Positions 40,088 through 52,453 of a stretch of DNA of 64,000 nucleotides are shown here, piece by piece. Made by a program: the position numbers and the translations under genes. The number at the start of each line of letters is the position of its first letter. Positions within the stretch are counted from its first letter, which is position 1. Source of the stretch: Tricharina praecox (taxonomy: Eukaryota). The notes under the pieces were generated by a model, which made no database searches, was not told where the DNA came from, and worked only from the letters and a program-made list of their open reading frames with translations. The DNA lies in contig NW_026250404.1 in assembly GCF_024521635.1 (NCBI RefSeq), positions 1,674,001 through 1,738,000 on the forward strand, read 5' to 3'.

Positions 40088-43000
40088 ATTTGCGGTGATT
40101 GGGGGGTAAAGTAGAAACGAGTTGTGACAGGTGATTAAGTGTGAAGTAGAATTAGGAGGAGTATGAGGCCTGTTGGAGAGAGTGAATGAAGGCTGGATGG
40201 AAGGATGATGAGGCAGAAGGAAGCAGCGGCGGACTGTGCCTTATATTCGTCTCGAGGACCTCCTTTTCAATAGTCCCACCCATCATATACGTTGGAGGGG
40301 GTGTGAAGAAAATGTCGCGGGTACGAGAGAGCGAGTTCAGTCATGGAGGAGACAAGCTAGGAGGGGGGTACATCGGTAAACTGAGGTAGTGTACAGTAGA
40401 ACCAAAGGATCAGGAGGCCGGGGGCGGAAGTCGACGGGGATGCGAGCTGTTGGGGCCGATATTGAGCAGGCACCTGCCGAAGTAGCCAAGTAGATACACG
40501 GTGACCGGTCTGGATACTCTGGATGCCAGACTCAGCAAGAATAGAGTGAAACGGTGGGCGAAGGGCCGAATGCACACTGGTGCTTTGATCACAGTGTGCC
40601 GGTCGGGGAGTGGGGGGGGGGAAAGGTAGGGTGAGAGGGGACATGGCTGGGGACCACGCCAGTACCAAGAGTACGGTAGGATGTATGTACCAAGGTATCT
40701 TCCTGCACCGCAATGCTGCGTTTGGAGCGTCAACAGTCGGCTGAGCGAGGCAGATCATTCTCTGCGAGCAAAAAACAAAAAAGAAAGGAGAAAGAGAATA
40801 TCGCCCCCCCCCCCCCCCCCCCCTCCCCCTGTAATAGCAGTGGATCGGCCCAGCACCGCTGAGCCGGAGGGCGCTCCTTTGCCACGGGCTGTGTCTCTCC
40901 TTAGCAGGATCATGGCCTATGCATACATACAACCACAATCTCTGCGATCAGTAACGTTCGCTGGCGGCAGAATTCCCACGGCCGAGGGGCTAAGGCCTGG
41001 CGATATCGAGAACCACCGTACCTACTTTAAAAATATCCAACCCGGCGCCTGCCAGTGCTTGCCTGCCAGCCATCAAAGTGAGGTGAAATCTGGGTGCACA
41101 GCGCACTAGCTGGTGGCTCCCTTCCTAGCCGGGGAGCCCTCTAGGCTCTGCCCTCTGCAATTAGCAACACGATGGGAAATCGTCGGCTCCGTCGAAAGGA
41201 AAGAAGATTCGATTCGTCTCAGGCGCACAGTGGGGACTCGGGAGGAATTAGGCATCCCAACTTGGAGGACACCCTAATGCTCGGAGTCACCGTGTAGTTA
41301 CATGATATGATGCTGGTTAGTATAGGTGGGTGTAGTAGTATGTACTGACTCGAGCATTGAGGGACACTCCATCGAGATGCGGTATTCGGCTGTCGAGTCT
41401 GTCAATCAATCAGTCCGTCCGTCCGTCCGTCCGTCTATCTGTCAACCTGTCTGTCAATCTGTCTGTCAATCTGTCTGTCTGTAAGTCAATCAGCCCGGCT
41501 TCCATCACCCGAGACTCGAAGCAAATGTTCACGAAATGTCTCCCTCACCCCCCCGCCCACAGCGGGCCGAGTGGGGTTCGGATCTTTTCACTTTGTACTA
41601 GTACTAGCACCACTACCATACATAGCTGCAGGACTTTCTCCGGAAGAAAAAGAAGAAAAAGCAAAAAGCAAAAAGCAACCCTTCCTCCGCCACAACCCGC
41701 ATACATATGATCGACAAGAAGGTGGCAGTCCCCAGTCAGTCCTGCAGGACCAGGACCGGGCTGGCTGCTGGTCACGAATCGATTTGGCGCAACATGGTGT
41801 GTGTGTAGGTCGTGGCGCGCTTGTACCACTCTCCTTATGACGAGAGAGAGAACTTCTGGCGCGCCAAGAGTTATCCTGGGAGTGACTTGTAAGCGCAAGT
41901 GGTTACTTGGTTACTACTAGTAGTTGTGCTAGTACCGTCTGGCCTGACGGGAATATTTGTGCTCGCATCGGAGAAGCGGTGCTCTGGTGTCTGCGCAGGG
42001 CGGGCTAACTGAGGTGGTGTAGTGGCTACTATTCGGCACTAGAGTACTTTTGGTGGCTACATAGAGTGGTGTGGACAACTCAACTCAGCCTTGATTGACT
42101 TGCGTCGGGGAAAATAACAATAATAGGTTGTCGCCATCGGAGACAAGACGCAAGAGACAACAAGCAAGCCACAAGACAACAGGCAAGACACAAGCCGCAA
42201 AAGACAAGCCTGCACAAGCAAGACACAAGACATCTGTGCGTGCCGTGGTGTGTGCTGAGGTCGATCATGGAGTAATTGTGCGCTCGAGTGCCGTGGTATG
42301 TGCGGATACTGATGGAGTGTCGTACCCACTGCAAGTCTGCAGCCATGTACTCGAGTGCCGTGGTCCAGATTATACGGCATTATCGCCGCCACAACGGACT
42401 TAATGTATGATACATTCCGGTACATACATACCTCATACATACCTGATAGAGCCCTTCGCAATCGGGAACTGCCATGTATCATGTATGTACAGTACATACA
42501 TGGAGCACACGTAGGTTCACGTAGATTCATCGAGTACCAGATATGCCTGCGTCGTGTGATTCGCACGCCGGCGCTCTCCAGAGTAGAAGCAGCGACAGCA
42601 GCATAAGAGGCGTGAGCTGAAGTCGAACCCCATCAGCTCAAACGGATCTCAACTCTCGAGTATGCTCGCGCATGACGCCGCCGCTCTAAAGCACAACGAC
42701 TCACGCACCGTCGGATCTCGATTCTCGAGTTCGCTCTCGCATGTCGCATGCCACTGTCCCGTCCTGGACTCTTGGTGCAGTGCATCGCTGCTTCTTGGTG
42801 ATTAGTACGGTATCGTCCGCTACGTACAGACTAGATACACTTCCGTATTCGGCAGCGGACGGATGTAGATACTAGAGCACATACACACATTCTACTAGAG
42901 CACTCATATACTAGAGTATACAAACTACTACTAGAGTATCGTTCCGTCCCCATCGCCAGGCCCCCAACAGAGGAAGCCGATCAGCTACGCTTTCAGGCTT

Positions 43001-46000
43001 CAGGCTTCAGGCTGCAGAAGAGGTGGGTGGTCTACTACTCTACACAGCGAGGCCGGGTCATTTCCAGGACGAGTACATACATCTATGCCATGTGTAAGAA
43101 GTATGTAATGAACTGACCGAGTGCCGTTCGCCTGTCAAGTTGCCATTTAGAGAAAGAAAGAAAAAAACTTCCAGCAGCGAGCATTGAAGCCCCGATACCG
43201 ATGCCTGCCACCCCCCCCTTCTCTCTGCACGGCGAGGGTCCTTGTCAAATCATAGCTCAATCTATGTACTCTACAGCATAACTACTCCAACTTCCCTACC
43301 CTTACCCTTACCCTTGATCCCTCGATGTTCCTATGCATGTTCCTATGTTATGTATGATATGTCTGTACGTCCTACCAGGATCCGGATACCGAGCGACTGA
43401 CAGATGGACAGTCAGCCTCGCAGGCTCGCACAGCATCGGGGCCGAGTTAACATCCCTTCTCTCGACGACGACGGGTATGGTTGTTTGGTTGTTTTGCTCC
43501 CATGATGGCTGTGGAGTCATAGAGCATGTGTGTAGTGTACGATCAGGAGCCGGCACGCGCTTGAATACGGTAATCAATAATCTGCAACTGTCATCCCTTA
43601 CCCCACCACCACCTCCACCACCACCTCCACCACGGAAACGTCCGAGAAGTAGTTCGGATATGCGGTATTCACTGTTTGGTGTTTGTACATACATACGGAC
43701 ACTAATCGGATCACTATGCCCGTTAGGATTAGAGGCGGGGGGTGATTACTGTCATCCGGACGGATGCACACACCACCACCAGCCAGCGAGGAAGCATTTC
43801 AAGGTACAGGCTTTCACAACCGCGGCAGCTAGATACATCTACAAAGCGACATCTTTAGTCACTCGAAGTTGCCAAGGAAGGGTAGCAACCTTTTAGTCAA
43901 ACCCAGGCTTACGGTGGCTGGATTCTGGAATCCGATGCCCGGCGGTCTAGCAGTTGTGCTATTCTGGAGTAGGTCTTATGTACTATTTACCTATGTAGAG
44001 TACTACGTGCTCACTCCACCTTGAGGCTTGAGGAGCGCGCTGGGGTGCTAAGCTTGGATACATATCTTTAACATTTGCAACTTCAGCTTTGCTAGCTGAT
44101 CATCATCATCACCACCACCGCCACCACCACCACTACCACCACCACGTCGTCGTGAAGAACTGGACAGAGTAAGAACTTTGTTATTCGCGGAGAGATATCG
44201 CAGCCACTTTTTTATTTTTAACCAGACGACTGTTCTTTTTTTTGATTTTTTCTACCGTTGGATCAGTTCATACCTTCACCTTCTAGTAGGGCTAGATACA
44301 TCGCCAGCTCGTTGTGTACATAGGGTTCAAACTTCGGGCTAGTTGATGACCACTAGTCACTGGCACTATCATGCTAGTAGCATAGCGCCCGCTCCCATTC
44401 GTGCATCAAGCGAAGCCATCCCGATTCCCACCCATCCACGTTCTTGGCGAACTGTGGACACTGGTCAGCGATGTGGATGGGTCCACACAGGATCCCGATC
44501 TCGGGCAGCCGTCCCTCCCATGCAATCGTTGTCGTCGTCAAGTGAGACAACCAAAAAAAAAGAAAAGGAAAAAGAAAAAGAAAAGAAAAAGAAATCACCG
44601 TGAGTGACGTCAACTTCGATTAATCAAGCCCTTTCTGCTTTGGCTCTGGCTGAACGGTGAACACAGATCTCGGAATGTAGAAATCACAGGACTACTAGTA
44701 CATATGGGAGGTGATTCAGCCAGCCCGCCCGCATGCCAGTCGCGGAATTCACAGGCATAACTACTAGACACCGGTACGTCTCCGCACGGCCTCGGCTCCC
44801 ACTACCACTCGAGCCCAAAGCTCTCGGCCTTCACCGAGCCAGCAGTTATGGAAAGCCAAAAAAAGAGCCAAAATAAAAGAAAGGAGTCACAACTTAACCG
44901 GATCCGCAACCATGTCGCCGCCATCGTCGCCTCGCGCGATCGCGCAATCGCGCTGACCACGAGGAGCAGAGTGTGGACACCAACCACGGAAGCGACTCGA
45001 CTCGGTGTTTCGGAGACCGCCGTTGGCGAGCGAACGAGCGAACGAACGAACGAACGGATGCTTGGCGGGGCCGGAGGCGTCGGATGTGGAATATTCTCCA
45101 AATGCAAAGCAAAAGCACGAGAGCTTGCTTGCTTGCCTGGAAGAGAGCTTGCCTGGAAAAGAGCGGTGCGGCATCACATCCTTGACGCTGCTAACTAATA
45201 TGTCGGCGTCGCCCCAAGAGCTTGAGCCTTGAAGTTGCAGGTGTTGCCGGCGGCCGATAACACTAACCAGAGTGGAGTACTCAGTAGAGCAGCAGAGCAG
45301 CAGAGCAGCAGGCAGCAAGGCACGCGAAGGATCTGCTACGAATCTTCTACTCTGGATACTCTAGTTACCTAGAACGCCGCTCCCGGTGTGGACTGGAAAT
45401 CAAAAAACACTCTGGAGTACCGACCAGGTAGTGCGTCTGCCGAATCTCTCCCCAGAAAAGAAAACACCGCGGCTGGTGGCTGATAAGGCCGATTTCGCCG
45501 GTCCTCGGAAAAACCCTTTCCGCTGTTCGTTCGGCTGGCTGTGAGAGGAGTTCCCGAGTCCGGATGACCCGCAAACCACATTCGATATCGAACTCACATT
45601 CACGTTCAATGTCAACATCGAACTCACATTCGTTCACAATTCTCAGCCCCTCCCGCGCTTGATCGAAATACCTAATGATTACGGACAGCGAAGACTGACT
45701 GCGGGGTACATACATGAATCTATTTTTGACGACACCCCCTCTAGAATCTATATACTCTACATCCAATCAATGGACATTGGACATTGGATGCGGCTGCGGA
45801 TATATATTAATCTGCCTGGCCTGAGGGTCCACCATCGGATCTCACGAATCCGCCTTGCGGCCAATCAACACCGAGCAGCGACAGTCAAGTCATCGCAAAC
45901 GGGTGAACCTGGCAGGAACAACCACAGATATATCTGAACCTGAACCTGAACCTGAGCTCGAACCGAGCCATCACCGAGTCAGGCGACATCGGACAAAACC

Positions 46001-47087
46001 TCTACCTACTCTAAAGTTACATATCAGCTCATGCATGTATGTATCATACGTGATATACGAGTAGTACACCGTACACGAGGTATGTACCCACAGAGTGACA
46101 GTCATCGACGATTATGATCTTTTTTTTTCTCTTTCCACTCAGCTTTCGACGGCCTGTGGGGCTGCGAAGCTGAGGAAATCTCCGCGGCCTTCTTCGGCAA
46201 GTGCCTGTGGATATGTAGGTGTATCTTGATTCTTCCCACAAGGTACCGAGCATTCAATTCAATTCTATGTACCCGCTGTTCGCGAAAGACCCTTGACGTT
46301 TAATATCGCGGCGGGGTAGGTGGAGTAGATTCGTATGGGCGGCGATGATATCTGCGGCTGGATGGTGGTCTGCACCGTGCACAACGCGTGTAGGCGGCGG
46401 CGGCATATGTACTAGGTATACTACACATACTATACATACCTGTGTATGTAGCAGACAATTTGACAGGAAGCTCGGAATGCTGCTTGAGACAGCTGCAAGC
46501 AAGCAAGCTCGGAAAGCTGCATTGAAGCGGCGATTGAGACACCACTGGCAAGCACGGCTCCCAAATGGATGAAATGACGGCATGTAGTATGTACTGTACA
46601 CCTGGACACGACGGTGGTGGAAGTTGGAACCAATACATGCCCGTCAAGTATACTAGTACCATAATAACAACACTGCGCTCAGTCAAATACCGGTATTTAG
46701 AGTACATACCGACACGGCTGGAACGCGGTTTCAGCTGCTGGCAATTGCGAATAGGTATGAAGTATGTATGTATGTCGAGTAAATACCGGTTGAAGGCTGA
46801 AGATGGAGTGTCGCAGACAGCGACGGGACAACTCACCATCCCGCCCGCTTCAGGCTTCAGTTTAGCTCCCAGAGTCTCAGTCGTGCATAGGTAACAAGTA
46901 CCAATATAGGTACTTTGCTTGCTTGGTTCCAGCGGCTCTGCGGCTCACGACATCGGCAGTACATAACTCGGGTTTCCCGTGAGACGGTGAGAGAGATCAG
47001 GGCTCGAGTGGATATGCCCGCCATATAACTAGTCGGTTGAGCTATATGGAGTAAATACTCTACTTTTCACCGTGGCCCTACTCACCG

Positions 47088-47330
47088 ACGAGCCCGCCGG
47101 TCGCTCTGAGCCCGCCGGTAGAGTTGAGTACATACTCGTATACATATCCGCTTGTCGTAATGCTTATACCTAGTACTAGGTAGATATACCGGTAGGTACC
47201 CATTCGCATTCGCTCCGAGCCCGCCGGTAGAGTATATCCGCTCGTCGTGGTGCCCACCGGTATCCATCCGCTCCAGCCTCCGAGCCCGCCCATACCTATG
47301 TAGTACTCGTATATCCGCCCGTCGTAGTTA
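47088..47330. repeat. Imperfect interleaved repeats GAGCCCGCC (x4) and ATATCCGC..GTCGT (x3)
   Basis: Copies at about 47090, 47109, 47217, 47282 and about 47143, 47234, 47311. Confidence 0.7.
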
Positions 47331-50300
47331 TCACCTATCGAATCCATCCACCGAATCCCATCATGCCAAAACCAATCTTCCGGACTCATCAAGGCTCCGC
47401 CAGTCGACAGTCGACTCGTTTCCGTTCGTTTCACGATAAGGGTTCAAGTTGCAAGCGCAAGCGCACACCGCCAACCAGGCTATGTACCAGTCTACCAGGC
47501 TGCCACGGGGTGGGGCAGCCCCTGTGGCGAAACGCTGGATCCGACACAAGCAGACCGGTGGCGAAGTGAGTAGAGTATCTAACGAGGTCCCTGGCAGCCG
47601 CCAGTAAGCGAAGCGAGCAGAATCACTCCCATCCCTTCCCATCCCTTTCCAGAAGAGCCATTCCAGAACCCAGGGCCTTCCAGGCTCCCGACGCATATGT
47701 ACAGGGTGATAGAGCCAGTACTGCCCGGCTCCCGAAACGCGACCCCACGGCCAAGTCGGCGCGGCACTCTTGGCGTCAGGAGGGACTCCGGTGGGAAATA
47801 TGGGAAATATGGGAAATATGTATGCCCACGCGCTATGTGTGGCCACCGGAGTGAGAGTGAGAGTGAGAGTGAGAGATTCTCTGCATCGTCGTCGTCGTGG
47901 AAGAGTGGAAGCGTGGAAACGTCGGTCAGGCACGGTAGGTACCCTATTTGCTATACTAGAGGTAGGTGCCGCCGCCGTACCGGTACTCTACAGTAGGTAC
48001 GGCCGGTAGGCAGAATTCACATATATACCGGTAAGTTTCGTCGCAAGCAACGACTACTCTAACCATTCTAACTGAGCCAGGTACGGTAGCGATCCGGTAC
48101 GAATCGTACGAACTGGTACTCTACGGTAGGGTGGTATAACTAGTACACTACACGGTGAGAATCGAGATATCCTTTGCCTTTCTTCGTCTTTTGCCTTTTG
48201 CCTTTGCCACCACAATGATACTACCTACTAGGTAGTCTAGGTAGTAGTTAGCAGCCAACTACTTTACTACCTAGAGTAGGTACATACGGTAGAGTAGAAT
48301 AGTACATAGACTCATAGAGTAGTCACCTCCTAATTCGCGCTTCACGATATATAGATATGTTCAACACTTTTGCCGGTGGGTACGTACCACTTCAGGCCCC
48401 CACCCCCGACCCCCCACCCCCCTTCAACGCCTACGTCACACCGGATGGCGGACGGACGGAGATTAAAAGATTATTCCTCGCGATACTTTACTCTACCGGT
48501 ACTCTACCGTAGATATGTATGTATCTATGTAGGTATAGGTATAGATACTTAGATTGGATGCATCTGCGATGTGCGTCGGCAGTCAGCAGTCAGCACACCG
48601 ACCGACCGATTTCCTCAAGCTACATAGACTAGGTTATAGGTAGGTAGTCCTTTCTTACCCGTGGGGATGTGCTGGGTTTATTTACGGTAGCAGTGTGCAC
48701 TCTATTCCGGCGGCAACTATACCTACTCAGCACTTTAAGCCCCCCCCCTCCCCCTCCGGTACATACTTGGGAACGGTGCGCGTTGTTTTTTCTTTTCGTC
48801 GTCGTCCTGGAGCTCCTGGTTTCTTAGAAGCTAGTACCTACTCGATCTGTACGGAAAACAAGCGACCTGCCACCAGCATCTACCCGATGTTAGATAATTG
48901 TTTAGGCGTGGCCGTGGCGATATAGGTAAGGTAGAGTAGGTATAAGGGCCTCGCTGGGTATGGGTATGGGTGTGTGGATATGGGTATGGGTGTGGGTATG
49001 GGTGTGTGGATATGGATAGGACTCGATGCTGACTACTACTTACCGTACTCTACCGAGAGGCCATGGATTCGGATTTGGAGTGTGGAGTCGGACTCGGTAT
49101 GATTATATCTAGAAATACTTAGAATAGATATCGGCCTTAACTCTTGGCTCTTGACTCTTGGCTCCAGCAGCGGTACCGGTACCGGGACCGGGACGGGTGC
49201 GGGTGGGTATGGCTGTCGCCTGGTGGGTGCTTGGCTGCTGTCCAGGCACGATGAGTCACGACAAGGCGAGCAGGCCCCGTGCCATAGTTACCTAGTAACT
49301 ACTACCATTGAGTATATTAGTTGCCCACTTGGAATTCGTCAACAGTGGACACCCTCATGAATTCTCCAAAGGGGGCACTCCATTATAGGTATACAGAGCA
49401 GTCTATAGTTACTATTGACCTCTGACTCCTACTCTCCTACTGTCCTACCTATTCCCATTCCAATTTCCAGGAAAAGAGCCGACCCGACGTTGTCGGAGAT
49501 ATTAAATCACCACCACCAGCACCACCACCACAAGGCAGTTTTACCAACCGAAATACATACCCATGGCCCCTCCCTTCCAGGCTACCCACCAGCCAACAGC
49601 CATTTCAACAGACCCGAACCGGAGATAAACCAAAACATCAAGCCTTTTTGTTTCATTAACAGCAGCACGTCGATAGCATCCCACTCCCGGGCCGACCCGC
49701 GTGCGCGTCAGCGAGAGTCTCGGCGGCCCAAAAAACAGCCGATTCACTCTATGTACAGTACAGTACAATATACATACTCTACGTAGAGTACCTATCTGGG
49801 TAAATACTACTATATACATACCATACACAAGTATACCTACACACCTTGCACCTACTTACCTAGTGTACATACCCGACGGAGCCCCACCAAGAGAGACGTC
49901 AAATCTTTAAACCTTCAGGCCCACCATTAGGTAGTTATGCCAGAATCTTTTCATTGCTTTTTCTTTGCTTCCGAACGGCTTCCGGTGGGAGTATGTATGC
50001 ATGTATGTATATGCAACGGATACGTGCCAGTGCTGCATGGAAGCGCGCGATCGACTCATGACTCACGAGTGTCACTGCACCCCCAAATAGGTATTGTCGT
50101 ATCGGTGCAGAGTAATAGCGAAGGGGAGGTGCGATGAAACGGTTAACCCACCCAATCACCTACTCAGCGAGCAAGCAAGCAGGCAGACACACAGCCAAGC
50201 AGCCGGTAGGTACTTACTTTAGATATTGCATGCGGAAGCTCATTGCCTCGCGGCGGTGGAAGGAGGCTTCGGACATCAGGTGATTTTGTCGGGTCAGTTC

Positions 50301-51170
50301 AGGCTTAGGTGATTCCGTGTGATGCAGCGGGGTAGGTTCGGAGCCGCGGGGGTGATTACACGAAATTGACGGAGTTTGTGGGTGGGAGCCTGGGAGGCTC
50401 CTCGTGTCATGGTGGGACTTGTCACTCGTATCGTATCATACGACTCTCGCGGATGCAGAGCTGTATGATACCTACCGAACACTGCAACTGCCACAATGAA
50501 CGACCGAGTCACGGAGTCGGTGGTGTGGCTCGAGTCTCGACCGCATGTACAACCGTAGAAACGGCGGGGGTAACTCTCCGGCGGTACCTGACTGGCTACC
50601 GCTCGGTGGCTGGCTGACCGCGGTGCTACTGTGTATCGACAGACGCTGGGTACATAAATACATACACACTGCACGACAGTAGGCTACTACGTCGACTTCA
50701 CTATGCGAAGAATATCGATGGAAACTCTAAGTTAACGCTGGACACACGCACCCCACTCGACACTCCCCACTATGTATAGCCCACTGTACACAGAACCTGT
50801 CTGTGTGCGTGCGTGCCGATTAAGTTTCGTAGCGTTGAGCTGTCGTGCTGTCGTGCTGTCCTGCCGGCCGTCAACGGTCGACAAGTGTCAAGCGCGGGGT
50901 GCATTCGCCGAATTGGATCCCACCCATCCATCAACTTCGTATGCACACTCCGTCCGGCAGGCAGAGGCGGAACGTACCTGCGTGTGTGTATAAGTATGTA
51001 TGTAGGGTGGGCGCTGTGCGTAATAATCTAGCCACGGGTTGGGGGCGATATCATATATGTACTATGTATGTACGATGCATCCCGTGGCGAACCTTATGGC
51101 TGCTTCTGCCTGCAACGTGCCGATTGGTTCGCGGGTTTGCAACGGTGGTATGTACGCATGTACGGACGGA

Positions 51171-51172
<2 letters not shown>

Positions 51173-51209
<37 letters not shown>
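51173..51209. repeat. (GT)n microsatellite
   Basis: Uninterrupted GT run. Confidence 0.95.
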
Positions 51210-51212
<3 letters not shown>

Positions 51213-51910
51213 CCAGTGTGTGTATGGTACATACATTGATACACACACACACCTGTCAGCTCAGCCTGTCAGCCAGCCAGCCAGAAAACGTGGTGCATGG
51301 ACTGTGCAGGTGCGTGGGGTGCGTCGTATCTGACTCCCGAGTCGGGTCGTGTGTACGGCCGGTTGCTCTGACGTCGCTTCTCGGTATGTACACATATATG
51401 TATTGTACACAGGACCTAGGTAAGTACGTATAACACACCTCAAGCCTCGCCGCTATTTGCAACAGTCAATGTAGACATCGCTCTAGCCGGCCGGGTCGGT
51501 GGGATGCCTCCCGTGTCCCGACTTTCCGATTCGCTTTGCACTTACGTACATAGGTGCCTATGTAGGCATGTATGCCTCTCCGTGCTATGCAAGATCCCGA
51601 CCCGTCACCCACCGGGATCACACAGAATCACTCGATCTACGAGTGACATCGTGTGTACTGCTGCGCTGCTACATACCCATCCTCGAGCGGAACGTTCTTG
51701 GTGATGTGCGACTGTAACTACTATAATGGCACAGTTCCAGGTTTCATATTTCCAACTATTAAGCACAGAAATCTAATCACGTGCACTGTTGGTCGTTGAC
51801 TCGTCGTATCCATACTCAGCTAGGTACTCAGATACTCTACATGGCCTCCGGAGTCCCTAGACCAACTACTAGGTAGGGCTTAAAGTCACGTCCGGGCCGA
51901 ATAACTATAG

Positions 51911-52216
51911 TCTACCTATTATAAGCCGGCAATCCCTGATTCCGACATCGGACCTTCTACGGAGTTCATCTTCGGGAGTTGGAACGATAACGACGGCTAC
52001 CCCGGGCCATCTGAGATCTCTTCCGCAGATTACATGACTGCTACACAGCACACACGTTTTCTCCCACCAGACCCTCACTATACTCGTTGTTACATACTGG
52101 ATACCATGCTAAGGCACTACATGGATGGTGCGAGACAAAACAACACGAATTTCGAGGGCTTCGAGTTGACATTCGCAAAAAAAACAGTGTATTATTCGGA
52201 CGAAAAGCTATGGTAA
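51911..52216 (+). pseudogene. Probable 5'-truncated 3' end of an unknown gene (~101 open codons)
   Basis: Open frame STYYKPAIPDSDIGPSTEFIFGSWNDNDGYPGPSEISSADYMTATQ...YYSDEKLW*. No upstream ATG; followed by A-rich spacer; converges on the gene below. Confidence 0.4.
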
Positions 52217-52453
52217 AAGGTGAGCAATGAAATTTGAAAAGAAAAGGGATTGTAGCCTAGCAAGGGATGAAATCTGAAAAAAAGCTACGACCCATGGAAT
52301 CGTATAAAAACAAGAAATGAAACAGAATGCAGAACTTTTGCGGCCAACAGAAAACGACACACGACCGAAGAAAAGAAAAAGGCCTGTTAACGGTAGCAAA
52401 CCGAAAAAAGTAAGCGCACACGAGTGATGGACATTGAAAAGAGGATCACCGCA

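Noticed and set aside
43292..43317. Telomere-like CCCTTA repeats (also TGGGTA at ~48955-49015)
   Set aside because: Short, interstitial and not the TTAGGG unit; ordinary microsatellites.
40400..51800. Numerous short ORFs in the gene desert
   Set aside because: Low-complexity translations of microsatellites without domains or coherent exon structure.
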